A DNA stretch of 64,000 nucleotides from an uncultured Bacilli bacterium (GTDB lineage Bacteria; Bacillota_I; Bacilli_A; RF39; UBA660), in the NCBI GenBank assembly GCA_910584165.1, contig CAJTZU010000003.1, forward strand, positions 126,576-190,575. Direction: 5' to 3'. The notes beneath the pieces were generated by a model. It saw only the letters and a list, made by a program, of their open reading frames with translations, searched no databases and was not told where the DNA came from. Shown piece by piece: positions 1 through 9,878 of this stretch (its first letter is position 1; the number at the start of each line of letters is the position of its first letter). The position numbers and the translations under genes are program-made.

Positions 1-390
1 TCTTTTATTAAAGAAAAGAAAAAGAATAAGAAAAAATTAGCAGAGGCAATTATTATAGAAAAACGGGATAATTTTGAAAAGATAGATGAAGATAAAAATA
101 TTCCAGAAGAAGAAAAAACAGAAGCTTCTAAGGTAGAAAGTATTATAGAAGAAAAGAAAGATGAATTGACTGAAGAATTAGAGGAACCTTTATATGATGA
201 AATATTAGATTTGATTGTAGAAGAGGACGAAGTAAGCATAGCTTTCTTACAAGAAAAATTTAGATTAGGCTATAATAGGGCATTACGCTGTATGACTTTA
301 TTAGAAAAAAATGGTATTGTTGGTCCTGAAACAGAATCTAAAACAAGAAAAGTTTTACTAAAACAAGAAAAGAAGGATTTGAAAGAGTAG
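1..390 (+). CDS. 3' end of a gene truncated by the window start. It has a K/E-rich low-complexity region followed by an FtsK/SpoIIIE gamma-like winged-helix domain.
   Basis: The frame is open from nt 1 through the annotated ORF 166..390. The C-terminus VSIAFLQEKFRLGYNRALRCMTLLEKNGIVGP matches the FtsK gamma-domain consensus (SISxLQRxxRIGYNRAARxxDxLExxGIV). TAG stop at 388-390. Confidence 0.55.
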   Translation, partial: SFIKEKKKNKKKLAEAIIIEKRDNFEKIDEDKNIPEEEKTEASKVESIIEEKKDELTEELEEPLYDEILDLIVEEDEVSIAFLQEKFRLGYNRALRCMTLLEKNGIVGPETESKTRKVLLKQEKKDLKE

Positions 391-452
391 TAATAGAATT
401 ACTATTCTTTTTTGTTTATGGTATAATAAAACTATATAAGGTAAGTGATTGG

Positions 453-2093
453 ATGAGCAAAAATTTTAATGTAGATTTTAAAGGTATAAAAGAAATAGAT
501 TTTGAAAAGTACCATTCTTTAAAGAATTCTATTCAAACAGTTTCCTCTCTTAATCAAGAAAATATTAATTATGGAGAAGCAGATGGCTTTGATTATGAAA
601 GTTACTTATCTAGTCGAGCAACAGATGACGAAATAATAGAAGAATATAAGCAATTACTCTTGATAAGTATTCACTATAAAGAAAAATTTAATGAGACTAT
701 TCATTCATTAGAGAAAGAAAAAATAAATTTAGAAAATATTTATTTGACTTATCAAGAAGGATATAATGCATACTTGTATTCCGGAGAAGAATCTCTTAGC
801 TTTGATGAATATGTTACTCTTACATATGGGACAGATTATGGACAATTAGGTATGACAGAAGAAGAGTATAAAAAAAGATTACAAGAAATTAATCAGGATT
901 TAAATGCTTTAAAACCATCTTCTTATTTATTAACACAGAAAATAAGTGAGATTCCATACTTAGCTCTTTCAGAAACTCAAAGATTTCAAGAATACGAAAA
1001 AAAGAAATTAGATACTAGTTATGATTCTTTGAAGGAAATTGTATATAAAAAAGTAGAAGAATATCGCTATAAGCATTACACAGAAATAGAAGATGTCCCT
1101 ACTACTGTAAATATGATAGTGGATTCTTTTAGATTTGAAGATATTCCTGATGAAGATAGAATAATGTGTTTTTACTTACTTGAAAATAAAGGAATAGTAG
1201 CAGTCTATGATTATGTTAGTGCGATAAAAGATAAATTAAACCGTAATGCGGGAGAAAAAGAAGCAAGTGAATTTATAGAAAGCATTTCTAATAATGGTGA
1301 GGTAGGTGCTACAGTTCTAACAATCGCTGAAGGTACAAAAGATGGATTAGATGATTTTGTAGATGGCATTTATAATGTTTTTGCAGCAGATGGAATAATA
1401 ACACAAAATCAATATGCCGAAATATATAAGATGTTAGCCTTAGAAGAAAAAGGTTTGTTAAAGTTAAATTATACTGGTGGAAGATTGTTGGGAAATGCAG
1501 CACCTTCTTTATTAGTAAGTTTTGGAGCTTCTAGAATTATAAGTTCGACAGCGGGTGCCTTAGCTGGAAACTCTTCAAGGGGGCTTTCTGTTATGGGAAA
1601 TGCTAGAAACTTAGCTCTTATCAATGGACATTCAGAGTTAGAATCTATTATTTATGGTGGAATACTTGGTTTATCAGATACTACTACTGGATATTATTTA
1701 AGTGGATTACCATTAGAAATTTCTGATTTAAAAGATTTACCAGGATTTTTAGGAACAGCAACAAATTTAGCTTTTGATAAATTGGCAAAAGTTGGTATCA
1801 AGTTTACTGCAGTAAATGCAGAAAGAGAGGTTCTAAATGATTGGGTAGATACAGGATTAATTTCTTCTGTTAGTAATAGTAATGTAGATTTAGTAGATAT
1901 TCCAGAGGAAGTAAGAAAAGACTTTTTTCTTGGATATACAAAAGGAAAAATGTTTCTAAAAGAATCTATTATAAAATTCACTTTTAATTATACTGATTAT
2001 CGTCTTTCATTTTCAGCTATCTTTGATTATATGAATAATCATCATGTTAGTTTTGAGGAAGCATTAGTAAATGTAAATTTTATGAAGGATTAA
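453..2093 (+). CDS. Hypothetical protein of 546 aa with a Gly/Ala/Ser-rich hydrophobic central segment.
   Basis: Long ORF with codon usage like its neighbours and followed by a strong bidirectional terminator. I recognise no family. Confidence 0.5.
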   Translation: MSKNFNVDFKGIKEIDFEKYHSLKNSIQTVSSLNQENINYGEADGFDYESYLSSRATDDEIIEEYKQLLLISIHYKEKFNETIHSLEKEKINLENIYLTYQEGYNAYLYSGEESLSFDEYVTLTYGTDYGQLGMTEEEYKKRLQEINQDLNALKPSSYLLTQKISEIPYLALSETQRFQEYEKKKLDTSYDSLKEIVYKKVEEYRYKHYTEIEDVPTTVNMIVDSFRFEDIPDEDRIMCFYLLENKGIVAVYDYVSAIKDKLNRNAGEKEASEFIESISNNGEVGATVLTIAEGTKDGLDDFVDGIYNVFAADGIITQNQYAEIYKMLALEEKGLLKLNYTGGRLLGNAAPSLLVSFGASRIISSTAGALAGNSSRGLSVMGNARNLALINGHSELESIIYGGILGLSDTTTGYYLSGLPLEISDLKDLPGFLGTATNLAFDKLAKVGIKFTAVNAEREVLNDWVDTGLISSVSNSNVDLVDIPEEVRKDFFLGYTKGKMFLKESIIKFTFNYTDYRLSFSAIFDYMNNHHVSFEEALVNVNFMKD

Positions 2094-2094
2094 A

Positions 2095-2121
2095 AAATAG
2101 AGAATAATCTCTATTTTTTTT
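2095..2121. terminator. Bidirectional rho-independent terminator between convergent genes.
   Basis: 9-bp stem AAATAGAGA/TCTCTATTT with loop ATAA and T-run TTTTTTTT. On the opposite strand it gives the A/T-flanked hairpin for the TetR gene. Confidence 0.6.
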
Positions 2122-2692
2122 CACCAATTTTATCAGGTATCAATAAGTCTAAGAAACTAATTAAATCCTCTTTTGTATATTTCTGATAGTCTGTTAACCA
2201 TTTTATAGAAACATTTACGACTGCTCCTACATAAAAATTAGTAATGATTTCTTCAGGGACATTTAAATCATTTTTATTTTCTTCTTCTTTTAATCGCTTT
2301 GTTAAATCAGCATTAATCGTCGCATAAAAAATGTCCATGATAATACTATTTTTATTATTGATGATGATAGAAGAAAATAAATCTCTATTTTCCTCTATAT
2401 GTGTTAGAAATAAATTTAGCATCTCCATATAATATTCTTTTGTATTAGAGATATTTTTATTACTTCTAAGTTTTTCTGCTAATTCTTCTTTAATATCTTC
2501 AATACAAGAAGCTAGTAATTCATATTTATCAGTATAATGAGCATAGAAGGTAGAACGATTAATCAGTGCTTTATTACAAATATCAGAGACTTTAATTTCT
2601 TCGAAAGTATAATCTTTTAATAAACTAATTAGAGTTGTATATAATAAATTTTTTGTTTTAATAATCCGTAAGTCAACCTTTTTTTCTTTCAT
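2111..2692 (-). CDS. TetR/AcrR family transcriptional regulator.
   Basis: N-terminal HTH signature (TFEEIKVSDICNKALINRSTFYAHYTDKYELL). About 190 aa. Divergent from the MMPL transporter gene. Confidence 0.8.
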   Translation of the reverse strand: MKEKKVDLRIIKTKNLLYTTLISLLKDYTFEEIKVSDICNKALINRSTFYAHYTDKYELLASCIEDIKEELAEKLRSNKNISNTKEYYMEMLNLFLTHIEENRDLFSSIIINNKNSIIMDIFYATINADLTKRLKEEENKNDLNVPEEIITNFYVGAVVNVSIKWLTDYQKYTKEDLISFLDLLIPDKIGEKK

Positions 2693-2874
2693 AATATCAC
2701 CTGAGAATATTATACTATTTTTTACTACAAAGTAAAGATAAACTACAATGAGTATGATATTTATACATACATTTCAATAAAATTGTTGGATAAAATACAA
2801 ATCAATTTATTCTGTGCGTGATATTTGTAGAAAAAAATAATAAAATGTTATGACGGATGGAGGGAAAAACAAAT

Positions 2875-5800
2875 ATGAAAAAATTTGGTGAATTTATTTG
2901 CAAACACAAAATAGGTGTTTTCCTATTATCATTAGTTCTATTAGCTGTTTCCTTTTTTGGAAATGCTATGACTAGAATTAATTATGATATTTTAGTTTAT
3001 ATTCCAGAAGATATCGAAACTGTTGAGGGACAAAATATTTTAACGGAAGAATTTAATATGGGGGCTTTCTCAGTAACCATAATCGATAATATGAAACCGA
3101 AAGATGTTTTAGCATTAGAAGAAAAGTTAAAACACGTAGAGGGAGTAAATAAAGTAGTCAGTTTATATGATGTGATAGGAACTACTATTCCACTTGAATT
3201 TTTACCAGAAGAAATTGTTTCAAAAGTGCATCAAGGTGAATCTGATTTACTCTTAATTACTTTTCAAGATTCGACTTCTTCAGAATCTACGTTAGAAGCT
3301 GTTTCTGAAATACGTAAAATTACAAAAGAATCTTGTAAGGTAAGTGGTATGAGCTCAATGGTATTAGATACAATGGAGTTATCAGAAAAAGAAATTGCTA
3401 TTTATGTATGTATTGCTGTAGCTCTTTGTTTATTAGTATTAGAATTATCCTTAGATTCATATTTAGTACCAATATTATTATTAGCTAATATAGGATTTGC
3501 AATTCTATTTAATTTAGGTTCTAATATTATTTTTGGAGAGATTTCTTATATTACAAAAGCATTAGTTGCGGTATTACAGTTAGGTGTTACAACTGATTTT
3601 TCTATCTTTTTGTATCATGCATATGAGAAGGAAAAAGAATTTTGTAAGGCAAAAGAAGAGGCAATGAGTAAGGCGATTCATTCAACATTTACATCTGTAA
3701 CAGGAAGCTCTTTAACAACTATTGCAGGATTTTTAGTATTATGCACTATGAAACTTACTCTTGGTACTGATTTAGGTTTAGTTATGGCGAAAGGAGTACT
3801 ATTAGGGGTTATTTGTGTTTTAACACTTTTCCCAAGTTTATTATTAATTTTTGATAAGTGGATAGAAGGTAGTAGACATCGTTCCATTATTCCTAATTTT
3901 TCAAAATTAAATAGTTGGATTATTAAATATCATATCCCAATATTTATTATTTTCTTAATTTTTTTAGTACCTATGTATTTAGCGTATTCTAAAGTTGATG
4001 TGTACTATAAGATAGATGAGAGTTTACCAAAATCACTTGAAAGTATTACAGCTAATGAAGCATTGAAGGAGGATTTTAATATTGTTTCCCCAGAAATAAT
4101 TCTACTAGATAAAAATATGAAGGCAAGTGATGTAAATGAAATGATAGAGAAAATTGAAGATTTAGATGGTATTGAATTTGTATTATCTTTTTCAAAATTG
4201 AAAGAAAGAGGACTTACAGAAGAAATGCTATCAGAGGATATTGTTTCAGTTTTTGAGAATGACAACTATCAAATGCTTTTAGTAAATTCTAGCTATGAGA
4301 TAGCAAGTAATGAATTGAATGAGCAAATAGAAAAAGTAAATGAAATTTTAAAAGAATATGATTCTAAAGCCATTCTAGCAGGTGAAGGACCTCTTATGAA
4401 TGATTTAGTTACTATTAGTGATCAAGACTTTAGAAATGTAAATGATTCTTCGATTGTTTGTGTTTTATTAATTATGTTTGTTATTTTAAAGTCATTATCA
4501 TTACCATTTTTATTAATATTAACTATTGAATTTGCAATATTTACGAATATGTCTTTTTCTTACTTTGGCGGAGCAGTTTTACCTTTTGTAGCGCCAATTG
4601 TATTAGGAACAATTCAATTAGGAGCAACTATTGATTATGCTATATTAATGACAACAACTTATATAGAAAATAGAAAATTAGAGAGTGATAAAAAGAAGGC
4701 TATGCAAAAGACTTTAGATTATTGTGGAATCTCTATTGTAGTAAGTGGATTATGTTTTTTTGCAGCTACATTTGGAGTAGGTTTATATTCTGAAATAGAT
4801 ATGGTAGGAAGTTTATGCACATTAATTTCTAGAGGTGCCATTATTAGTATGGCAGTAGTACTTATGGTACTTCCTTCTATTTTATTAATATTTGATAAGA
4901 TTATTTTTAAAACGACTTATCACAGAAAGGAGAAAAATATGAAAAATTTAAAAAAAGTGGCAGCCAGTTTTTTAGTAACTTGTATTGCTATTAGTTCAAT
5001 GCCCGTTTCTGCATTAACAAAGGATGAGACAGTTTATACAAAATTAAATACAGATGGTAGTAGAAAGTCTACTTTTGCAATCGAGCATTTAATAAATAAT
5101 GAAAATCTAGATACGATTGAAGATTTGTCTAATTTAAAGAATGTATGGAATATGAATAGCAATCATACATTTAAACAAGAAAAGAATAAATATACATGGT
5201 CTTCTTTAGGTAGTGACATTTATTATCAAGGTATTGTAGAAAAGGATACTCCTGTTACAGAAAGTATAAAATACTATTTAGATGGTAAAGAGAGTACAAT
5301 TCCAGATATGCTTGGAAAAAGTGGAAAAATTAAAATAGAAATTACATATACTAATCATGATAAGCATCAGGTAAAAGTTGCTGGAAAAGAGGAAACTTTA
5401 TATACACCTTTTGTTGTAACAACAGCAACTGTTATTTCTAGTTCTAATAATAAAAATGTAGAAGTAACAAATGGAAAAGTAGTAAGTAATGGTTCCTCTT
5501 ATGTAGTCGTTGCTTTATCCGCACCAGGTTTATATGAAAGTTTAAACATGGATACTTTAAAGGATTTAAATACTGTTATTTTAAGTTATGAAACAGATAA
5601 ATTTGAACTTTCTAGTATTTATTCTATTACTACTCCAAAATTAATTGAAACAGAAGATTTAGAAATTTTCAATAAATTAGATTCTATGTATGATAAATCA
5701 AAATTATTAAAGGATTCTATTGATAAAATAGAAGAGGGCTCTATTGAATTATTAGAAGGAAGTAAAAAGATTGAAAGTGGTTCTAGTTTACTTTATGAAA

Positions 5801-6654
5801 AATTAGAACTTGTATTAGAAAGTATTGGAAGTGTAAAAGATGGTGCGGTTGCACTAGATGACGGATTAAAACAAATCTTAGGACAATTACAATTAATAGA
5901 AAAAGAACTAGAAAATGGAATTAGTGAAAGTAGTATTCAAAGTTTAAAAAGATTGATTTCTACTAATCAAAATACAATGAATCAGTTAATAGAAACGAAT
6001 AAGGGATTAGCTAGTGTTTATGAGCAATATCAATTAAAAAATTATAGTTATGAGCAAGTAATTCAAATGGATTCTACTATGAAATTATATAATGTAAAAA
6101 TGAATTATGAAAATCTATATGAAAAAAATACTCAAATGATTACTCTATTAGGAATGAATAATAAGGCATTAGAAGAAACTTTGAGCAATGTTTCTATGCT
6201 CCAAGAAAAGATTCAGACATTAATTAGTACTTTAAATCTTTATTTATCTCAGTTAGAAGATGGCGCTAAAAAATTATCTGATGGAACTGCTTCACTAAAA
6301 GAAGGAGTAGCTATTATTACTTCTAAAACAAAAGATTTAAAGAATGGAACAAAAGATTTAAAAGAGGGAATTCATACTTTACAAACTGGCATTCATGAAT
6401 TTAATAAGGAAGGTATTACTCCTATTACAAACTTTTTAAACCAAGATGTAAGAAAAGTTACTAATAAAATGGAAGCTCTTGTAAAGTTAAGTGAAGATTA
6501 TCAAACATTTACTATGAAAGATAATAGTACTAATGGTAGTACGAAATTTATTTCAGTAGTGGATTCTGTTAAAATTCCTAAAGAAGTAAAAAAGGTTGAA
6601 AAGAAAAAAGAAAAAACTACATTTATTGATAGAGTAAAAAATTTATTTCAATAA
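2875..6654 (+). CDS. MMPL-family (RND-like) membrane transporter fused in frame to a C-terminal YhgE/Pip-like domain. The C-terminal part has XXXLXXG heptad repeats and coiled coil.
   Basis: The track ORF is 2857..6654. The better start is ATG 2875 after GGAGGG 2860-2865. Two 6-TM bundles, each preceded by a periplasmic domain, fit MMPL topology. The C-terminal half has repeated LxxGxxxLxxG motifs (LLEGSKKIESGSSLL, LDDGLKQILGQLQ, LSDGTASLKEGVAII, LKNGTKDLKEGIHTLQTGIHEF). An internal RBS, ATG and signal-peptide-like segment sit at 4927-5010. Confidence 0.7.
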   Translation: MKKFGEFICKHKIGVFLLSLVLLAVSFFGNAMTRINYDILVYIPEDIETVEGQNILTEEFNMGAFSVTIIDNMKPKDVLALEEKLKHVEGVNKVVSLYDVIGTTIPLEFLPEEIVSKVHQGESDLLLITFQDSTSSESTLEAVSEIRKITKESCKVSGMSSMVLDTMELSEKEIAIYVCIAVALCLLVLELSLDSYLVPILLLANIGFAILFNLGSNIIFGEISYITKALVAVLQLGVTTDFSIFLYHAYEKEKEFCKAKEEAMSKAIHSTFTSVTGSSLTTIAGFLVLCTMKLTLGTDLGLVMAKGVLLGVICVLTLFPSLLLIFDKWIEGSRHRSIIPNFSKLNSWIIKYHIPIFIIFLIFLVPMYLAYSKVDVYYKIDESLPKSLESITANEALKEDFNIVSPEIILLDKNMKASDVNEMIEKIEDLDGIEFVLSFSKLKERGLTEEMLSEDIVSVFENDNYQMLLVNSSYEIASNELNEQIEKVNEILKEYDSKAILAGEGPLMNDLVTISDQDFRNVNDSSIVCVLLIMFVILKSLSLPFLLILTIEFAIFTNMSFSYFGGAVLPFVAPIVLGTIQLGATIDYAILMTTTYIENRKLESDKKKAMQKTLDYCGISIVVSGLCFFAATFGVGLYSEIDMVGSLCTLISRGAIISMAVVLMVLPSILLIFDKIIFKTTYHRKEKNMKNLKKVAASFLVTCIAISSMPVSALTKDETVYTKLNTDGSRKSTFAIEHLINNENLDTIEDLSNLKNVWNMNSNHTFKQEKNKYTWSSLGSDIYYQGIVEKDTPVTESIKYYLDGKESTIPDMLGKSGKIKIEITYTNHDKHQVKVAGKEETLYTPFVVTTATVISSSNNKNVEVTNGKVVSNGSSYVVVALSAPGLYESLNMDTLKDLNTVILSYETDKFELSSIYSITTPKLIETEDLEIFNKLDSMYDKSKLLKDSIDKIEEGSIELLEGSKKIESGSSLLYEKLELVLESIGSVKDGAVALDDGLKQILGQLQLIEKELENGISESSIQSLKRLISTNQNTMNQLIETNKGLASVYEQYQLKNYSYEQVIQMDSTMKLYNVKMNYENLYEKNTQMITLLGMNNKALEETLSNVSMLQEKIQTLISTLNLYLSQLEDGAKKLSDGTASLKEGVAIITSKTKDLKNGTKDLKEGIHTLQTGIHEFNKEGITPITNFLNQDVRKVTNKMEALVKLSEDYQTFTMKDNSTNGSTKFISVVDSVKIPKEVKKVEKKKEKTTFIDRVKNLFQ

Positions 6655-6660
6655 GAAAAA

Positions 6661-6712
6661 AAGTTATACACACGTTTGTCGACAAGTATGTGTATAACTT
6701 TTTGCTTTTTTG
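6661..6712 (+). terminator. Rho-independent terminator after the MMPL/YhgE gene.
   Basis: 12-bp stem AAGTTATACACA / TGTGTATAACTT with a 16-nt loop, followed by TTTGCTTTTTTG. Confidence 0.75.
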
Positions 6713-6813
6713 TGTAAAGAAATAAAATAATGTAAAGTAAATTCGAAGCTCTTCAATTGTTTTTATTTCATTCATAGTTTCACCATAAACATTATATCAT
6801 AGTAAAATGTTTA

Positions 6814-6822
6814 TGGTATAAT
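6814..6822 (+). promoter_or_regulatory. Extended -10 promoter element (TGGTATAAT) upstream of the methyltransferase gene.
   Basis: TGnTATAAT lies about 20 nt upstream of the ATG at 6842. Confidence 0.45.
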
Positions 6823-6841
6823 AGATAAAGAGTGTGATAGT

Positions 6842-7729
6842 ATGAAAGAAATTCCATTATTTTTAATAGAGCGATTAAAAAATCAATACGGTGAAGAATT
6901 AATGAAGGAAATTGTAAAAGGCTTCCAAAAAAAAACAGTCACTTTTAGAATAAATCATTTAAAAACAACTTTAGGAGAAATTGAAAAAGTATTGGAGGAA
7001 GAAGCAATTTTATTTCAAAAGATATTTTGGTTTGATGATGCTTTCTTAATAGAAAATAAAACAGAAGAAGAAATTCGTTTATTAGATATTTATAAAGAAG
7101 GTAAAATTTATTTGCAGTCTTTATCTTCGATGTTACCAGTATTGTTTTTAGACTTAGAAGAGGGAATGAGCATTTTAGATATGGCAGCTGCACCAGGTGG
7201 TAAAACAACTGAGATTGCTTCTATCTATCAGGATAAAATACTAATTACTGCTTGTGAAAAAAATAAGATTAGGGCAGATAGATTACGTTATAATATAAAG
7301 AAGCAAGGTGTTAGAAGAGCAACTGTATTAGAAAGTGATGCCAGTAAATTAGATGAATATTTTTCTTTTGATAGTATTCTATTAGATGCTCCTTGTAGCG
7401 GTAGTGGTACTTTACAAAGGGAAAATAGTAATTCTTATTTTAAAGAAGAACTAATAGAAACAACAAAAAAATTACAAAAAGTTTTATTAAAGAAAGCTGT
7501 TCAAATATTAAAGCCAGGATCCACTATGATTTATTCTACTTGTTCCATTTTAGAAGAAGAAAATGAATTGCAGATAGAAGCCTTATTAAACGAGAAATTA
7601 GTAGAAGTGGTTCCTCTAGATTTTCCTAATGATATACCACTTCTCCCATCTAAAATATTTGGTACAGTAGTGGTAAAACCAACTTCTTTATATGAAGGAT
7701 TTTTTATAGCAAAATTAAGAAAGAGGTAA
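6842..7729 (+). CDS. RsmB/RsmF (NOL1/NOP2/Sun) family SAM-dependent RNA m5C methyltransferase.
   Basis: Motifs DMAAAPGGKT (SAM binding), LLDAPCSGSGTL (catalytic Cys) and STCS. Confidence 0.8.
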   Translation: MKEIPLFLIERLKNQYGEELMKEIVKGFQKKTVTFRINHLKTTLGEIEKVLEEEAILFQKIFWFDDAFLIENKTEEEIRLLDIYKEGKIYLQSLSSMLPVLFLDLEEGMSILDMAAAPGGKTTEIASIYQDKILITACEKNKIRADRLRYNIKKQGVRRATVLESDASKLDEYFSFDSILLDAPCSGSGTLQRENSNSYFKEELIETTKKLQKVLLKKAVQILKPGSTMIYSTCSILEEENELQIEALLNEKLVEVVPLDFPNDIPLLPSKIFGTVVVKPTSLYEGFFIAKLRKR

Positions 7730-7733
7730 TAGT

Positions 7734-8366
7734 ATGAAAATAATATTCGGTACTAGTAATAAAAGAAAAACAGAAGATATTGTGAAAGTAATAAATGAAA
7801 ATCGATTTGATTTAGAAGTTTTAACTTTAGAAGATATTGGGTGGAATTTAGCAGATATTGAAGAAGATGGTATAACATTAGAAGAAAATTCACTTATTAA
7901 GGCAAATGCTATATTAAACTTCTGCAAAAATCATTCTATCCATTATCCAATAATAACAGATGATGCAGGTCTTTTTATTAATGCGTTAGATGGTAGACCA
8001 GGAATTTATACTGCACGCTATGCAGAAGAGGAACGAATGAAAAATCCTTCTTTACCATCCTATGAGTGTGTTAATAAAGTATTACGTGAATTAGAGGGAA
8101 TAGAAAATAGAAAGGCCTATTATCAATGTGTAGTTACTTGTATGAAAGCTGATGGTAGTTTTAAGCAGAACATTGGAAGAACAGAAGGGGAAATTGCTGC
8201 TGAGATTACAGAGCCTATTATTAGACCTTACTTTTATTCTATTTTTAACTATCAAGGTATTAATTTTAGAAATTTAAATGAAGAAAAATTAAAAGAAACT
8301 TATCGTTTTCAAGCTTTAAAACAAGCATTAGAGGAACTTTTAAAAGATGAACAAAATATGGATTAA
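7734..8366 (+). CDS. rdgB: Non-canonical purine NTP pyrophosphatase (Ham1/RdgB family).
   Basis: The N-terminal IIFGTSNKRK and the DDAGLF...ALDGRPGIYTARYA core match the Ham1 fold. About 200 aa. Confidence 0.75.
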   Translation: MKIIFGTSNKRKTEDIVKVINENRFDLEVLTLEDIGWNLADIEEDGITLEENSLIKANAILNFCKNHSIHYPIITDDAGLFINALDGRPGIYTARYAEEERMKNPSLPSYECVNKVLRELEGIENRKAYYQCVVTCMKADGSFKQNIGRTEGEIAAEITEPIIRPYFYSIFNYQGINFRNLNEEKLKETYRFQALKQALEELLKDEQNMD

Positions 8367-8395
8367 GAGGGTAAAGATATTGATGAGGTAATAGT

Positions 8396-9025
8396 ATGAA
8401 AATAGTAAATCCTAAAATAAAAGAATTAGAAATTGGAAATTTGCACGAAACGATTAAAACTGGTGATTTATCTTTTTTTCAATATGAAAAGGAAAGAATA
8501 TTGGGGAAATATAATATTTCCGATTGTACGATAGATAGTTGTATTTTTAAAAATATTTCATTTGAAAATATTTCATTTGAAAATGTAGAGTTAGTAGATG
8601 TCATTTTTGAAAACTGTGATTTATCTAATAAATGCTTTGATAAAGAAGCTGTCATTCGAGTTATTTTTAAAAATTGTAAGATGACTGGTACAACATTTAT
8701 GGATAGCAAATTAGAAAATATTCAGTTTTTAGAGTGTAGCAATAAATATGTGAATTTTGCTAGTGCAAGTATGACAAATGTTATAATAAAAGATAGTGAT
8801 TTTGAAGAAACCTCCTTTCTAAGTACTAAAATAAAAAATCTAGAATTAGACAATGTTAAATTTAAAGGTGCAGAGTTTATCGGTACTACTTTAAAAGATG
8901 TAGATTTTTCTAATTCTGATATTTATGGAGCTAAATTTGATGTTAATTCTTTAAAAGATATGATTATTGATTCTATGCAAGCATCTGTTTTAGTGGGCCT
9001 TTTAGGAGTAAAAATAAAAGATTAA
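8396..9025 (+). CDS. Pentapeptide-repeat protein.
   Basis: Consecutive A(D/N)LxF-like pentapeptides (NISFENISFENVELVDVIFENCDLSNKCF...). Contains a perfect 15-nt tandem duplication at 8552-8581. Confidence 0.7.
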   Translation: MKIVNPKIKELEIGNLHETIKTGDLSFFQYEKERILGKYNISDCTIDSCIFKNISFENISFENVELVDVIFENCDLSNKCFDKEAVIRVIFKNCKMTGTTFMDSKLENIQFLECSNKYVNFASASMTNVIIKDSDFEETSFLSTKIKNLELDNVKFKGAEFIGTTLKDVDFSNSDIYGAKFDVNSLKDMIIDSMQASVLVGLLGVKIKD

Positions 9026-9052
9026 GTTGTACTTTTGTATAGCTTTATAGTA

Positions 9053-9061
9053 TGTTATAAT
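9053..9061 (+). promoter_or_regulatory. Extended -10 element TGTTATAAT.
   Basis: TGnTATAAT lies 19 nt upstream of the ATG at 9080. Confidence 0.4.
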
Positions 9062-9079
9062 GTTGTTAGAAGGTGAATT

Positions 9080-9871
9080 ATGGAGCAGTTAGAACTAGAA
9101 GTAAAAGTATTAGATATTGATGAAAAAAAGTTTATAAAGAAGTTAGAAAAGCTAGGTGCTAAAAAGATAGAAGAGTGTTATCAGTACTTATATACCTATG
9201 ATTTAGCAACTATTTACGGTAGGTTTGTAGATATTTTAACACAGTTAAATCATCCTGTAAGTAATATTAAATATGAAACAGCTCTTGCTAAATTGAAATT
9301 GTTTTTCTTTGATGTTGATAATTTGCTAAAAGAAAAAGAGAAAGAAAAATTAGAAACAATAGTAGGAGAACGAAATTTATCGAATCTATTAGAGAAAGAT
9401 TCTTTACTAACAATTTTAAATGATAAGAAATTAGATAAATTTTTTCAGAAATATCACAATAATGATTCGAAATGGATTAGGGTAAGAGAGACAAATGGGA
9501 AAACGACTATTGCTGTGAAACATATTTTAGCGCCCAATTCCACTCATTTACAACAGATGAAAGAAACAGAAATCGAAGTTCCGAGTATAGAAGAAGCTAA
9601 TAATTTATTAGAAGCATTAGGATTTTCTTATAAAAGCTATCAAGAGAAAAAAAGAATTACTTATTTATTAGATAAACATGAGATTGATATTGATACATGG
9701 CCTGGAATTCCAACTTATTTTGAAGTAGAGGGAAATTCATTAGAAGATTTAGAAGAATTATTATTGAAATTAGGATATTCTATGGAGGATACTGTTTCTT
9801 GTACAGCCGATAAAGTTTATGAAAGATATGGAAAGTCACAATTTGAGAAACGTGAAATGAAATTTGAATAG
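9080..9871 (+). CDS. Hypothetical protein, possibly with an N-terminal CYTH-like (triphosphate tunnel) domain.
   Basis: The N-terminus LELEVKVLDIDEKKFIKKLEKLGA resembles the ExExK start of CyaB/CYTH enzymes. Weak, by eye only. Confidence 0.45.
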   Translation: MEQLELEVKVLDIDEKKFIKKLEKLGAKKIEECYQYLYTYDLATIYGRFVDILTQLNHPVSNIKYETALAKLKLFFFDVDNLLKEKEKEKLETIVGERNLSNLLEKDSLLTILNDKKLDKFFQKYHNNDSKWIRVRETNGKTTIAVKHILAPNSTHLQQMKETEIEVPSIEEANNLLEALGFSYKSYQEKKRITYLLDKHEIDIDTWPGIPTYFEVEGNSLEDLEELLLKLGYSMEDTVSCTADKVYERYGKSQFEKREMKFE

Positions 9872-9878
9872 GTGATTT

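Noticed and set aside
1309-1981. Minus-strand ORFs 1309..1503 and 1694..1981 inside the 453..2093 gene.
   Set aside because: They lie antisense within a longer coding ORF, have low-complexity L/F/S-rich translations from AT-rich sequence and no RBS.
3678-4265. Minus-strand ORFs 3678..3887 and 4005..4265 inside the MMPL gene.
   Set aside because: Antisense shadows of a well-supported membrane-protein gene.
6945-8709. Minus-strand ORFs 6945..7208, 7715..7927 and 8479..8709.
   Set aside because: Embedded antisense in the methyltransferase, rdgB and pentapeptide genes. F/L/K-rich artefacts.
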